A DNA stretch of 32,000 nt from Vibrio vulnificus CMCP6 (lineage in GTDB: Bacteria; Pseudomonadota; Gammaproteobacteria; Enterobacterales; Vibrionaceae), in the NCBI RefSeq assembly GCF_000039765.1, contig NC_004459.3, forward strand, positions 1,230,001 through 1,262,000, given 5' to 3'. A program made the translations under genes and the position numbers. The notes beneath the pieces are model-generated. The model was not told the origin of the DNA, did no database searches, and saw only the letters and a list, made by a program, of their open reading frames with translations. Below, piece by piece: positions 1-9,348 of this stretch (position 1 is the stretch's first letter; every line of letters starts with the position of its first letter).

Positions 1-102
1 CATTTGGCTGCCGAGGTATTTTACTCAAGGTATTAAAAATTTGCGTCATTAAAATGTGAACTAATATAACGAAAACTTCTGAATACCGAGTTTGGCGTTG
101 AG

Positions 103-738
103 TTATTGCTCGGGCTCTAGCTGCTGTAACAAGATCACCGCTTGGGTACGATTTTTCACCCCAAGTTTGCGGAAAATAGCCGTCATATGTGCTTTGATGG
201 TGGCTTCAGAAACATTCAGCTCATAAGCAATTTGCTTGTTGAGCAAACCATCGGAAAGCATCCCCAGTACTTTGTATTGCTGTGGTGTTAACGCGGCGAT
301 TTTCTCGGCCAAGTCATTACAGGCGGCGTTATTGGTGATCAATCCTTCAGGGAAATAAGGATCGCCATTGAGAACTTGGTTAAGTGCGGAAACCAGTGTG
401 CGCATATCACTCGATTTAGGAATAAAGCCAAAAGCACCGTGGCTTTTTACTTGTGTGACCACCGCAGGTTCTTCACTAGCAGAGACCACAACGATGGGCA
501 GGTCGGGATACTCTGCACGGAGATGGATCAAACCTGACATGCCATTGGCTCCAGGCATTTTGAGGTCAAGCAGCAGTAAATCCGGCTCTTCTTCGCGTAT
601 AAGAAGGTTCAGCAACGCATCGAGTGAGTCCGCTTCTAGCAAGTTGGCCCCACTGACCGCCATATGCACAGACTGAAACAGCGCATTACGGAACAGGGGG
701 TGATCATCAGCGATGATGATGGTGTAGGTCGAATCCAT
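103..738 (-). CDS. NarL/FixJ-family response regulator (receiver domain + LuxR-type HTH), no adjacent kinase gene
   Basis: ORF 103..750 opens with GTG at 750; the first ATG is at 738. It has a receiver domain (IIIADDHPLFRNAL, acceptor context LLLLDLKMPG) and a C-terminal GerE/LuxR HTH (LNKQIAYELNVSEATIKAHMTAIFRKLGV). The neighbour is dsbD and no histidine kinase lies in the visible flank. Confidence 0.88.
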   Translation of the reverse strand: MDSTYTIIIADDHPLFRNALFQSVHMAVSGANLLEADSLDALLNLLIREEEPDLLLLDLKMPGANGMSGLIHLRAEYPDLPIVVVSASEEPAVVTQVKSHGAFGFIPKSSDMRTLVSALNQVLNGDPYFPEGLITNNAACNDLAEKIAALTPQQYKVLGMLSDGLLNKQIAYELNVSEATIKAHMTAIFRKLGVKNRTQAVILLQQLEPEQ

Positions 739-883
739 GACGTTAAACACTTTTAACTATTTCGTTAATGGAATTATTGCAGCTTTAAGAGTGTGGACAA
801 TCTTTATACGCTAAAAGTCTGATGTAAATCGACTTTTATTAGAGAGTTTGCATATACCTCCGTTGTGAAGGTGAGAATGTGGT

Positions 884-916
884 AAGAAAAAACGCCAGCA
901 AGGTTTGCTGGCGTTT
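884..916 (-). terminator. intrinsic terminator after dsbD
   Basis: The minus strand reads AACGCCAGCAA-acc-TTGCTGGCGTT followed by a T-run, 8 nt after the dsbD stop. Confidence 0.85.
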
Positions 917-923
917 GAATCGG

Positions 924-2705
924 TTAGTTGGAAATTCGTTGAATATGCTCCAAGAAAGGCGCCGCTTGCATAAAGCCAGTGAGTCGAGCGTTTGAAACCG
1001 GATTACCTTGCGCATCCCAAAAATCGATCGTTGGTAGGCCGAGCACTTGTTGGGCCTGTAGCAGCTCAATGTCCTGTGCTTGGTTACGCGTCACGTCGGC
1101 TTGAAGCAACACAAATTGTTTGAGTTGAGCTGCCACGGCTGGGTCGTGGAAAGTGTATTTCTCGAACTCTTTACACGCCACACACCAATCGGCATAAAAG
1201 TCGAGCATTACAGGTTTTTTGGCTTGCTTGGCTAACGCCAATTGTTGTTGAAGCTCTTCGACGTTGCGGATTTTAATAAAGCTCACTTCACTGGTTTGAG
1301 TCTGTTGAGAGCTGTCAGTAAACCAATAATTGAGGGCAGGCTGAGCGGACGCAAACAGACCCAGCACGGCAATGATGCCCACCGCGCTTTGCTTCCAACC
1401 ACCAAACTCCAAACTATTTTTCACATGGTAAAGCCAGCCAAACGCCGCGATACCCAAGGCAGACCACAGCGCGGTTGACCACATTTCAGGAAGGATGCGC
1501 TCCAATAGGAAGATTGGCGCTGCCAGCAATACAAAACCAAACAGCGTTTTAACGCGATCCATCCAACCGCCCGCTTTGGGGAGCAGTTTATTTCCAAACA
1601 CCGCGACTAAAATTAAAGGGATACCCATGCCCATGGCTAAGGCATACAGCGCAACGCCCCCCGTTAAGAGATCACCACTTTGTGCCACGTACAGCAGTGC
1701 CCCAGAAAGTGGGGCGGTGGTACAAGGCGAGCACACCAAACCGGAAATGGCACCCATGGCAAAAACACCTGCACTGCTGCCCCCTTGCTGCTTATTGCTC
1801 AAATTGTTCAGCCAAGTTTGTACGCTGCTAGGCAGTTGTAAGGTGTACACCCCAAACATCGAGAGCGCTAAGGTGACAAAAAGAATACTCAGGCCGATCA
1901 ACACATAAGGGTGCTGCATGGCGGCTTGGAACTGTAAGCCAGCGGAAGCGACAACCAGACCCAGTAAGGTATAGGTCAATGCCATGCCTTGAACATAGAC
2001 CAGAGAGAGCCCAAGCGCGCGTCGCTGACTCAGTTTACCGCTGCCTAATACGATGCTGGTCAGAATCGGGTACATCGGCAATACGCAAGGGGTAAAGGCC
2101 AAGCCAACACCCAGTGCCAAAAACAGCAGTGGCGTCCACCAGTTATCCGCTAAGCCCGAAGCCAACTGATCTTGCTGGGTCAGAGGTTGAGGCGTTGATG
2201 TATCGAGAGGGTTGGCGGTCTGTGTCGGCATTGTTGCTGGTGCCATGTCACCATTGGTAAACGAGGTAATGTCGATCACTCGTGTTTCAGGTGGATAGCA
2301 AAAGCCCGCTTTGGCACAGCCTTGGTATTGTACGATCAATTTTGCACCCGGCTGCCAGTCTTGCATTGGGATGTTAACGAACAATGGGTTGGTATAAATA
2401 TTCACATCACCAAAAAATTCATCACGGTAGGGCTGACCGTTTTCCATTTGAATGTCACCCAATACAACGTTTTCTGCGCTAAATGAAAGACGCTGTTGAT
2501 AGAGGTAGTAACCCTCTTTGACTTGCCAGTCTAGGGTGATGCGGTGATCTTGCTGGAAATAGTTAAAAGGAAAAGCCTGATCAACAGGCACAAAATCATT
2601 CGAGCCAGAAGCAAAACTGCTGTTTTGGTTATTGCCAAACAGCGCCATGGCGGGTGAGGAAAGCACAAGCAATCCAGCAACAAAGAAAGTCAATAATGCG
2701 CGCAT
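924..2705 (-). CDS. dsbD: thiol:disulfide interchange protein DsbD
   Basis: ORF 924..2714 opens with TTG; the first ATG is at 2705 (MRALLTFF signal peptide). It has the alpha-domain Cys pair ([11 protein letters not shown]), a membrane core with CVLPMYP and SPCTTAP, and a C-terminal thioredoxin-like WCVACK motif. Confidence 0.95.
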   Translation of the reverse strand: MRALLTFFVAGLLVLSSPAMALFGNNQNSSFASGSNDFVPVDQAFPFNYFQQDHRITLDWQVKEGYYLYQQRLSFSAENVVLGDIQMENGQPYRDEFFGDVNIYTNPLFVNIPMQDWQPGAKLIVQYQGCAKAGFCYPPETRVIDITSFTNGDMAPATMPTQTANPLDTSTPQPLTQQDQLASGLADNWWTPLLFLALGVGLAFTPCVLPMYPILTSIVLGSGKLSQRRALGLSLVYVQGMALTYTLLGLVVASAGLQFQAAMQHPYVLIGLSILFVTLALSMFGVYTLQLPSSVQTWLNNLSNKQQGGSSAGVFAMGAISGLVCSPCTTAPLSGALLYVAQSGDLLTGGVALYALAMGMGIPLILVAVFGNKLLPKAGGWMDRVKTLFGFVLLAAPIFLLERILPEMWSTALWSALGIAAFGWLYHVKNSLEFGGWKQSAVGIIAVLGLFASAQPALNYWFTDSSQQTQTSEVSFIKIRNVEELQQQLALAKQAKKPVMLDFYADWCVACKEFEKYTFHDPAVAAQLKQFVLLQADVTRNQAQDIELLQAQQVLGLPTIDFWDAQGNPVSNARLTGFMQAAPFLEHIQRISN

Positions 2706-2803
2706 AGTGAACAAAATATGGGAGTGAATGGAGTTAGTCTAACCCAATCAGACCCAGAAACGGTGCAGAAAGTTTCAGCGATAGGAAGGTTATGTGCAGA
2801 AAA

Positions 2804-2827
2804 TTAAAAAAGGGAGCCGAAGCTCCC
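2804..2827 (-). terminator. intrinsic terminator after dcuA
   Basis: The minus strand reads GGGAGC-ttcg-GCTCCC followed by TTTTTT. Confidence 0.85.
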
Positions 2828-2847
2828 ATGAGTAAGACTCGTTTTAC

Positions 2848-4155
2848 TTAGATAAACAGGCTACCGAAGGCAAAGCCAAGCGCAACCGCAGAAGCGATGG
2901 TCGCTACACCCGGAATAAAGAATGGGTGGTTGAACACGTACTTACCAATGCGGGTTGAACCTGTATCATCCATCTCTACGGCAGCCAATAGTGTTGGGTA
3001 AGTTGGTAGAACAAACAGCGCACTCACGGCAGCAAAAGAAGCGACCGCAGTAAGTGGCGCTACACCAATCGCCAGTGCCGCAGGCATAAGCGCAACCGTA
3101 GTTGCGCCTTGTGAGTACAGCAGCATAGAGGCAAAGAACAGCACCAATGCCAGCATCCAAGGGTAGTCAGACAGCAAAGCACCAGCGACATCTTTAATGC
3201 CATCGACGTGAGCATTAACGAAGGTAGAACCTAACCAAGCCACACCTAGTACACACACACATGCAGTCATACCTGAACGGAACGTCGCTGCCGAAGGGAT
3301 TTTCGATGCATCGATCTTAGTGAACATCACAATCGCTGCCGCGGCAGCCAACATCACTGTCATGATCGCTTCGTTACGGCCAAGCGCTGGGTTTTCAATT
3401 AGACCAACAGAGCTGGAAATTGCCGCTGCGTAGCAAACCACAAACGCAATCGCGCCAAGGAAGATGTAAGTCGCGGTTTTAGCCGTTGGCAGGATTTCAC
3501 GTTGTGTTTCAGTGCTGAGCTTGATCAGACCTTTTTCAAGGCGATCTTGATACTCAGGATCGTCTTTCAGCTCGCTACCCATGTAGTTCGCCACCAAAGC
3601 GCCGATCATACACGCCACAAATGTGGTTGGGATACAAACCGCAAGCAGTGTTAAGTAGTCCACACCAAACGGTGCCAACATGGCCGCAAATGCCACCACG
3701 GCCGCAGAAATAGGGGAAGCGGTAATCGCGATTTGTGATGCGACAACGGCAATCGATAATGGGCGAGAAGGACGCACGCCTTGCCCTTTTGCTACTTCGG
3801 CAATCACAGGAAGCGTTGAGAATGCGGTATGACCGGTACCCGCCATCAACGTCATTAAGAAAGTGACGATAGGCGCGTAGAAGGTAATACGTTCAGGATG
3901 TTTGCGCAGGAAGTTTTCAGCAATTTGAACCAGCCAATCCATACCACCAGCCACTTGCATTGCCGCAATGGCTGTGATCACAGACATGATGATCAAAATA
4001 ACGTCAACAGGAATAAATGCTTGTTTGGTTGGTACGCCTAGAATCAGCGACAGGACAATAACACCCGCACCACCAGCGAAACCAATACCAATGCCACCAA
4101 TTCGTGCCCCTAAATAGATAAAGAGCAGAACGACTAATAACTCGACCGCTACCAT
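2848..4155 (-). CDS. dcuA: anaerobic C4-dicarboxylate transporter DcuA
   Basis: A 435-aa polytopic membrane protein. Its N-terminus MVAVELLVVLLFIYLGARIGGIGIGFAGGAGV is near-identical to my recollection of E. coli DcuA. It lies directly downstream of aspA, as in E. coli aspA-dcuA. Confidence 0.93.
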   Translation of the reverse strand: MVAVELLVVLLFIYLGARIGGIGIGFAGGAGVIVLSLILGVPTKQAFIPVDVILIIMSVITAIAAMQVAGGMDWLVQIAENFLRKHPERITFYAPIVTFLMTLMAGTGHTAFSTLPVIAEVAKGQGVRPSRPLSIAVVASQIAITASPISAAVVAFAAMLAPFGVDYLTLLAVCIPTTFVACMIGALVANYMGSELKDDPEYQDRLEKGLIKLSTETQREILPTAKTATYIFLGAIAFVVCYAAAISSSVGLIENPALGRNEAIMTVMLAAAAAIVMFTKIDASKIPSAATFRSGMTACVCVLGVAWLGSTFVNAHVDGIKDVAGALLSDYPWMLALVLFFASMLLYSQGATTVALMPAALAIGVAPLTAVASFAAVSALFVLPTYPTLLAAVEMDDTGSTRIGKYVFNHPFFIPGVATIASAVALGFAFGSLFI

Positions 4156-4182
4156 AGATTGTTACCTCATATATTTTATTGA

Positions 4183-4228
4183 TTCTGATTAGCGAAACGC
4201 TTTGCCTAAAGCGCTTGAATAATCAGAA
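4183..4228. repeat. inverted repeat TTCTGATTA-N28-TAATCAGAA upstream of dcuA
   Basis: Perfect 9-bp arms at 4183..4191 and 4220..4228, enclosing an inner hairpin CGCTTT-gcct-AAAGCG. The repeat lies 28-73 nt upstream of the dcuA ATG. Confidence 0.6.
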
Positions 4229-4310
4229 GTAAAATAAATACTTGTTATTATTATGGTTATTAATAAAGAACGGCAAAAAGGGCCCGCTAAGGAGCCCTTT
4301 CTCTTTACGA

Positions 4311-5762
4311 TTATTCGTAACGTTTTGCTTTGTAAGTTGGGTGCATGAAGTTCTGCACAGACAGGATGTCATCCAACTCTTCAGATGTCAGCAAGCCACG
4401 CTCAAGCACTACTTCACGGACGCTCTTACCGGTTTCCGCACAGATCTTACCAACGATGTCACCTTCGTGGTGGCCGATGTATGGGTTTAGGTAAGTAACG
4501 ATACCGATAGAGTTGTAAACGTAGTTTTCACAGATCTCTTTGTTCACAGTGATGCCGTCGATACACTTGTCACGTAGGTTCACACACGCGTTTTGTAGTA
4601 GTGAAATCGATTCAAACATCGCTTGACCAATCACAGGCTCCATTACGTTCAGCTGTAGCTGACCGCCTTCGGCTGCGAAAGAAATCGTGTTGTCGTTACC
4701 CAGTACTTTGAAACACACTTGGTTAACCACTTCTGGGATAACTGGGTTAACTTTTGCTGGCATGATTGAAGAACCGGCTTGCATTTCTGGCAAGTTAAGT
4801 TCGTTCAAACCAGCGCGAGGACCAGAAGAAAGCAGACGCAAGTCGTTACAGATCTTAGACAATTTCACCGCTAGGCGTTTTAGAGCGCCGTGTGCCATTA
4901 CGTAAGCACCACAGTCTGAAGTTGCTTCGATAAGGTCTTCTGCTGGAACCACTGCTAGGCCAGTCACTTCCGCTAGGTGTTTCACGGCAAGTGCTTGGTA
5001 ACCAGGAGGTGTGTTCAAGCCAGTACCGATTGCCGTTGCACCTAGGTTCACTTCAAGAAGTAGCTTCGAGGTGTAGTCTAGCGCACGGATCTCTTCGTTT
5101 AGCGTCACTGCCCAAGCGTGAAACTCTTGACCTACTGTCATTGGAACCGCATCTTGCAACTGAGTACGGCCCATTTTTAGGATGCCGTTAAACTCTTGAG
5201 ATTTCAGCTCAAACGCACCTTTTAGGTATTCAATCGCTTCCATCAATTTATGGATGCTGTTGTAAACCGCAATACGGAAGCCCGTTGGGTAGGCACAGTT
5301 GGTTGATTGGCTCTTGTTCACGTGATCGTTTGGGTTCACCACGTCGTAATCGCCTTTCTCTTTGCCCATTAATTCTAGAGCAATGTTGGCAAGTACTTCG
5401 TTGGTGTTCATGTTCACAGAAGTGCCCGCACCGCCTTGGAATACGTCTGATGGGAACTGATCCATGCATTTGCCAGTTTCCAACATTAGGTCACACGCTT
5501 GAATGATGTAATCCGCGACATTCTTAGGAATTGCGCCCAATTCTTTGTTAGCAAGCGCAGCGGCTTTTTTGGTCATAACCATGCCACGAACGAATTCTGG
5601 TACGTCAGAAATAGTGACATTTGAGATGTTGAAGTTTTCGATGGCGCGCAGCGTGTGAATACCGTAGTAAGCGTCAGCCGGAACGTGACGTTGGCCTAAT
5701 AGATCTTCTTCAATACGAGTGGCCGGAGTTGATGCTTTTGGAGCTTCAGTTAGGGTAGCCAT
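4311..5762 (-). CDS. aspA: aspartate ammonia-lyase
   Basis: The 483-aa product is collinear with E. coli AspA as I recall it ([36 protein letters not shown] signature, C-terminal HPTYKAKRY). Confidence 0.97.
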   Translation of the reverse strand: MATLTEAPKASTPATRIEEDLLGQRHVPADAYYGIHTLRAIENFNISNVTISDVPEFVRGMVMTKKAAALANKELGAIPKNVADYIIQACDLMLETGKCMDQFPSDVFQGGAGTSVNMNTNEVLANIALELMGKEKGDYDVVNPNDHVNKSQSTNCAYPTGFRIAVYNSIHKLMEAIEYLKGAFELKSQEFNGILKMGRTQLQDAVPMTVGQEFHAWAVTLNEEIRALDYTSKLLLEVNLGATAIGTGLNTPPGYQALAVKHLAEVTGLAVVPAEDLIEATSDCGAYVMAHGALKRLAVKLSKICNDLRLLSSGPRAGLNELNLPEMQAGSSIMPAKVNPVIPEVVNQVCFKVLGNDNTISFAAEGGQLQLNVMEPVIGQAMFESISLLQNACVNLRDKCIDGITVNKEICENYVYNSIGIVTYLNPYIGHHEGDIVGKICAETGKSVREVVLERGLLTSEELDDILSVQNFMHPTYKAKRYE

Positions 5763-5782
5763 AACAGGATCCTTAGATAATA

Positions 5783-5828
5783 ATTCTGATATTTAAGTGA
5801 TTGGTTAGCCATTTTCTGCAATCAGAAT
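5783..5828. repeat. inverted repeat ATTCTGAT-N30-ATCAGAAT upstream of aspA
   Basis: Perfect 8-bp arms at 5783..5790 and 5821..5828. It shares the TTCTGAT/ATCAGAA core with the dcuA element and lies 21-66 nt upstream of the aspA ATG. Confidence 0.6.
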
Positions 5829-6070
5829 CCATTCATCAGAGTATTTGGCTGTAAAATCCGTCCTGACTTATGTGGCACATGATACTGTACCTTGCGCATA
5901 AAAATAGTAAGTGGATCACCTTTTTCGCTTTTATTTCGTCAATATTTTGCAAAGTATGAACAGCATGTGAATAACTCTAAAGGGGTAGTCAAAAAACACG
6001 CATTTTTACAGGATAAATTTGAGTCACTGCACGATTTGCCATTACACTGAAATCAACTAAGGGGGAGCTC

Positions 6071-6601
6071 GTGTTTCCAATATTATTACTACTGTTTATC
6101 TGTGTACCCATTGTTGAGATCGCTCTCTTCATTCAAGTTGGTGGCTTTATCGGTTTATGGCCGACAATTGGCTTAGTGCTGATTACGGCGTTTGTTGGGG
6201 CGTCTTTGGTTCGCAGTCAGGGGTTGCAAACTCTGATGTCGGTGCAACAACGTTTGCAGCAAGGTGAGTTACCAGCGCAACAGATTGTCGAAGGTGTGAT
6301 GCTGGCGGTGTCGGGCGTATTGTTGCTCACTCCAGGCTTTATGACCGATGCCATGGGCATGATTGTGTTGATTCCAGGTCCAAGAGCTGCGATTGCCCGC
6401 TACTTGATGAGCAAGGTAGTGGTAAATGGTGCAGGCGGTGGGTTTCACTCTCACTATCATAGCGAAGGCTTCGACCGCAGCCCGTTCGAACAAGACCCGT
6501 TTTATCGTCAGCCTTTTAATGATGGTAAGCAAGGCCAGACGTTCGAAGGGGAATATGAAAGCAAAGACAAACAAGACGATGAACAGAATCGTCTGCGTTA
6601 A
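6071..6601 (+). CDS. fxsA: FxsA family cytoplasmic membrane protein
   Basis: GTG start at 6071, preceded by AAGGGGGAG. It has N-terminal TM helices, the LLLTPGF.TD motif typical of FxsA, and an acidic low-complexity tail. It is divergent from aspA, as in E. coli. Confidence 0.9.
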   Translation: MFPILLLLFICVPIVEIALFIQVGGFIGLWPTIGLVLITAFVGASLVRSQGLQTLMSVQQRLQQGELPAQQIVEGVMLAVSGVLLLTPGFMTDAMGMIVLIPGPRAAIARYLMSKVVVNGAGGGFHSHYHSEGFDRSPFEQDPFYRQPFNDGKQGQTFEGEYESKDKQDDEQNRLR

Positions 6602-6640
6602 TTTGAACAAATTCTCGTGTGATGAAGTTTGATGACATAG

Positions 6641-6666
6641 AAAAGCCGGAGTATTCCGGCTTTTTT
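6641..6666. terminator. bidirectional terminator between convergent fxsA and trmL
   Basis: AAAAGCCGGA-gtat-TCCGGCTTTTTT. Confidence 0.85.
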
Positions 6667-6690
6667 GATCTTGTTGGCTAGGCGGTGATG

Positions 6691-7164
6691 TTATTTCGCC
6701 CCTTGGAACCCTAGCTGACGCCATGCCTCAAAAGCAATGATCGCGACAGCATTCGATAAATTTAAGCTGCGCGCGTCAGGCATCATAGGAATACGAATGC
6801 GTTGCGACATCGGTAGGCTTTCAATCACTTCCATCGGCAGACCACGTGTTTCTGGACCAAACAGCAGTACATCGCCTTGACGATATTGCGCGTCCACATG
6901 ATGGCCAGTGGTTTTGGTGGTGCAGGCAAAAATACGATATTCACCACGCTGCTCGAGATAGTCGAGGAACGCTTGGTAGTTCTTATGGCGTGTGACACGA
7001 GCAAGATCATGATAATCCAAGCCAGCACGGCGCACCTTCTTCTCTTCAAGATCAAACCCAAGCGGTTCAATTAAGTGCAAATTTGCGCCACAGTTGGCAC
7101 AAAGGCGGATGATGTTGCCAGTGTTTGGCGCAATTTCTGGTTCGTATAGAGCAATATCAAACAT
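6691..7164 (-). CDS. trmL: tRNA (cytidine/uridine-34 2'-O)-methyltransferase TrmL (SPOUT family)
   Basis: The 157-aa product begins [26 protein letters not shown] and contains [11 protein letters not shown] and [10 protein letters not shown], matching YibK/TrmL SPOUT motifs. Confidence 0.93.
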   Translation of the reverse strand: MFDIALYEPEIAPNTGNIIRLCANCGANLHLIEPLGFDLEEKKVRRAGLDYHDLARVTRHKNYQAFLDYLEQRGEYRIFACTTKTTGHHVDAQYRQGDVLLFGPETRGLPMEVIESLPMSQRIRIPMMPDARSLNLSNAVAIIAFEAWRQLGFQGAK

Positions 7165-7201
7165 GGTATCGAGCGAATATGGTCAAAAGAGGGGGCCAGT
7201 A

Positions 7202-7229
7202 TATACCCAAGTTTGAAGGCTTGGGTATA
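7202..7229. other. stable hairpin between the sodA stop and the trmL start, no U-tract
   Basis: TATACCCAAG-n8-CTTGGGTATA, a perfect 10-bp stem. No T-run follows on either strand, so its role as a terminator is uncertain. Confidence 0.35.
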
Positions 7230-7271
7230 AAAGTGCCCGATAAGCGACGGTGCTCCGGTGAGCGGTGATGT

Positions 7272-7880
7272 TTAGCCTATTGCTTGAGCATAATTTTGCT
7301 CCACCACTTGCCAGTCGACCACATTCCACCAAGCATCAATGTATTCTGGGCGGCGATTTTGATAGCGGATGTAGTACGCATGCTCCCAAACATCGAGGGC
7401 GAGGATCGGTTCGCCACGTACGCTGGCAATATCCATCAGTGGGTTATCCTGATTGCTGGTGGAGGTGATATGAATATCACCCTCTTTGACCACTAACCAT
7501 GCAAAGCCAGAGCCAAAGGTGTTGACGGCGGCTTGGGAAAAGGCCTCTTTGAACGCCGCAAAAGTGCCAAACTTTTCTTGAATCGCGTGGGCGAGCGCGC
7601 CTTGAGGTTGCCCTCCACCATTGGGAGACATGCACTGCCAGTAGAGAATATGGTTGTAGTAGCCACCGCCATTATTGCGCACTGCAGGGCTGTGTTGAGA
7701 GATGCTTGAGAAGATCTCAGTGAGCGTTTGATGCTCAAGCTCACTGCCTTGAATCGCCGCGAGAAACTTATCGTAATAGGTTTTATGGTGTTTGCTGTAG
7801 TGCACTTCCATGGTTTTTGCATCGATGTATGGCTCTAATGCATCGTAGGAATAGGGAAGCTCAGGGAAAGTGTGTGACAT
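7272..7880 (-). CDS. sodA: superoxide dismutase [Mn]
   Basis: A 202-aa Fe/Mn SOD fold (HYSKHH, DVWEHAYY). The GGGYYNHILYW context resembles the Mn type rather than the Fe type. A Fur-box-like sequence lies upstream. Confidence 0.9.
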   Translation of the reverse strand: MSHTFPELPYSYDALEPYIDAKTMEVHYSKHHKTYYDKFLAAIQGSELEHQTLTEIFSSISQHSPAVRNNGGGYYNHILYWQCMSPNGGGQPQGALAHAIQEKFGTFAAFKEAFSQAAVNTFGSGFAWLVVKEGDIHITSTSNQDNPLMDIASVRGEPILALDVWEHAYYIRYQNRRPEYIDAWWNVVDWQVVEQNYAQAIG

Positions 7881-7910
7881 GGTAAATCCTCCGGTGATGA
7901 AGGATTTACC
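7881..7910 (-). other. 5'-UTR hairpin abutting the sodA start codon and covering part of the SD
   Basis: The mRNA sense reads GGTAAATCCT-tcatcaccgg-AGGATTTACC-ATG, with perfect 10-bp arms. The SD GGAGGA spans the loop end and the 3' arm. Confidence 0.5.
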
Positions 7911-7915
7911 ATAAT

Positions 7916-7934
7916 CTTAATGATAACCATTATC
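7916..7934 (-). promoter_or_regulatory. Fur-box-like operator upstream of sodA
   Basis: The minus strand reads GATAATGGTTATCATTAAG, which matches the 19-bp consensus GATAATGATAATCATTATC at 15/19. It lies 36-54 nt upstream of the sodA ATG. Confidence 0.6.
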
Positions 7935-7956
7935 AACTGCGATCTTTGTAAGGGTA

Positions 7957-9345
7957 TTAACGCCTTTTCACCAGTGGAAGAGTAATGGTGACTCGCAAAC
8001 CGCCAAGATCGCTGCGCTCAGCGTTTATGGTGCCGCTGTGCTGACGAATCGCGCTTTCGGTGATGCTTAAGCCGAGCCCGGTTCCTCCAGAATGACGATC
8101 CCGAGCGGTAGAGACTCGATAAAACGGACGGAAAATGGCTTCGAGTTCCTCTTCAGGTACCCCTTCACCATTATCATCCACCACGATATGTAGTGTGTCG
8201 TCGATGGCTTGAATAGCGATGATCACTTGGTCTTTGCCGTAGTAGATGGCATTGCGAATGATGTTTTCGATCGCGCTCATCAACAGCTTAGGATTACCGG
8301 AAATATGTCGCTCGGGTAACGGGGTGTATTGCAATACTTTGCCCATTTGTTCCGCTTCAAATTGTGCATCTTGAATGATCTCTTCCCATAGGCTGGCGAC
8401 GGGCTGCTCTTCACGATCCAAATGGCTGTTCATCTGCATGCGAGACAGCTCCAGCAGTTCACTGATCATCTGTTCCAAACGTTGCGCTTCGGTATCAATT
8501 CGTTGCAGCTCATTACTTTCGCCCTGTTTGCGTGTCGCAAGCGCATTGGCCATTCTCAAGCGGGTTAGTGGCGAGCGCAGTTCATGGGAAATATCCGACA
8601 GCAACCGTTGCTGACCTGAAATCATCTGATTGACCGCTTCGACCATGCGGTTGAAGCTGGCGCCGGCTTGGCGAAACTCCGAGGTACCTTTTTCTAAAGA
8701 GGGATCCGTGACAAATTCCCCTTTAGCGACACGTTGCGCCGCTTTTTCTAAGCGTCGTGCGGGTTGGCTGAGTGCCCACGCTAGCCACAGCAGTAAAGGG
8801 GTACTGACCAGCATCACAGCCAGTAGTAGCTGAAATGGATGATCAAACATACGCAGTAAAAAAGGCGGTGGTTGGTTCCAGCGCATCCCAACGTAAAGTA
8901 AGTACTCTTTGTTCGCTAGCGTCACTGGCAGTGGCCCTGAGAGCATAAAGCGGCCATAGAGTTTTTGTTTCGGTTGATCGGGTTGTTCAATCGAGGTGAC
9001 GAAGTTTTTCAGCGCCTTGAGTTGAAAATCCCCTTGCTTCAAGGTGGTGAGGATATTGCCATCGTAATCGGTGATGAAAAAGCGCGGCCGGCCATCTCGC
9101 CCATGGCGATCGCCGGGGCGCTCCATGCGAAAGAGAATGCGACCAAGATCAGTTTCGCCACGATATTGCTTCTCGATCTCCTGCTTGGCTTCAATAAAGC
9201 GATCGTATTGATCGGCCGGAATATTGCGTGCCTTACGAGGATCAAGGTGGGGCAAAGCCAAGACGGCCATCAGCACCAAAAACATGGTAAACCAGAAGAT
9301 CGCAAAAATTCGCCCATACAAACTGGTGATTTTCGGCAAGCGCAT
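7957..9345 (-). CDS. cpxA: envelope-stress sensor histidine kinase CpxA
   Basis: The 462-aa product has two TM segments, a HAMP domain, an H-box SHELRSPLTRL and an ATPase domain (DDNGEGVP, GGTGLGLSI). It starts 3 nt after the cpxR stop. Confidence 0.94.
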   Translation of the reverse strand: MRLPKITSLYGRIFAIFWFTMFLVLMAVLALPHLDPRKARNIPADQYDRFIEAKQEIEKQYRGETDLGRILFRMERPGDRHGRDGRPRFFITDYDGNILTTLKQGDFQLKALKNFVTSIEQPDQPKQKLYGRFMLSGPLPVTLANKEYLLYVGMRWNQPPPFLLRMFDHPFQLLLAVMLVSTPLLLWLAWALSQPARRLEKAAQRVAKGEFVTDPSLEKGTSEFRQAGASFNRMVEAVNQMISGQQRLLSDISHELRSPLTRLRMANALATRKQGESNELQRIDTEAQRLEQMISELLELSRMQMNSHLDREEQPVASLWEEIIQDAQFEAEQMGKVLQYTPLPERHISGNPKLLMSAIENIIRNAIYYGKDQVIIAIQAIDDTLHIVVDDNGEGVPEEELEAIFRPFYRVSTARDRHSGGTGLGLSITESAIRQHSGTINAERSDLGGLRVTITLPLVKRR

Positions 9346-9348
9346 CGG

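Noticed and set aside
813-837. AAAAGTC-n11-GACTTTT inverted repeat upstream of the response-regulator gene
   Set aside because: It is a 7-bp AT-rich stem of low stability in AT-rich promoter DNA, so a chance occurrence is plausible. I cannot assign a function.
1242-1908. Plus-strand ORFs inside dsbD; similar shadow ORFs lie inside aspA, cpxA, cpxR, frdA, the MATE gene, envC and the SPFH gene
   Set aside because: All are shadow ORFs within strongly supported genes. Their products are Arg/Ser/Pro-rich or otherwise implausible.
2804-2827. Similarity of GGGAGC..GCTCCC hairpins (dcuA terminator, IS target, efp terminator core GCCTTGGC) considered as a REP/MITE family
   Set aside because: There are only two or three short GC stems with different flanks. 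This is consistent with independent intrinsic terminators rather than a dispersed repeat family.
6269-6724. 151-aa ORF antisense to fxsA that runs through the fxsA/trmL terminator
   Set aside because: It crosses a strong bidirectional terminator and overlaps two supported genes, and it has no start context.
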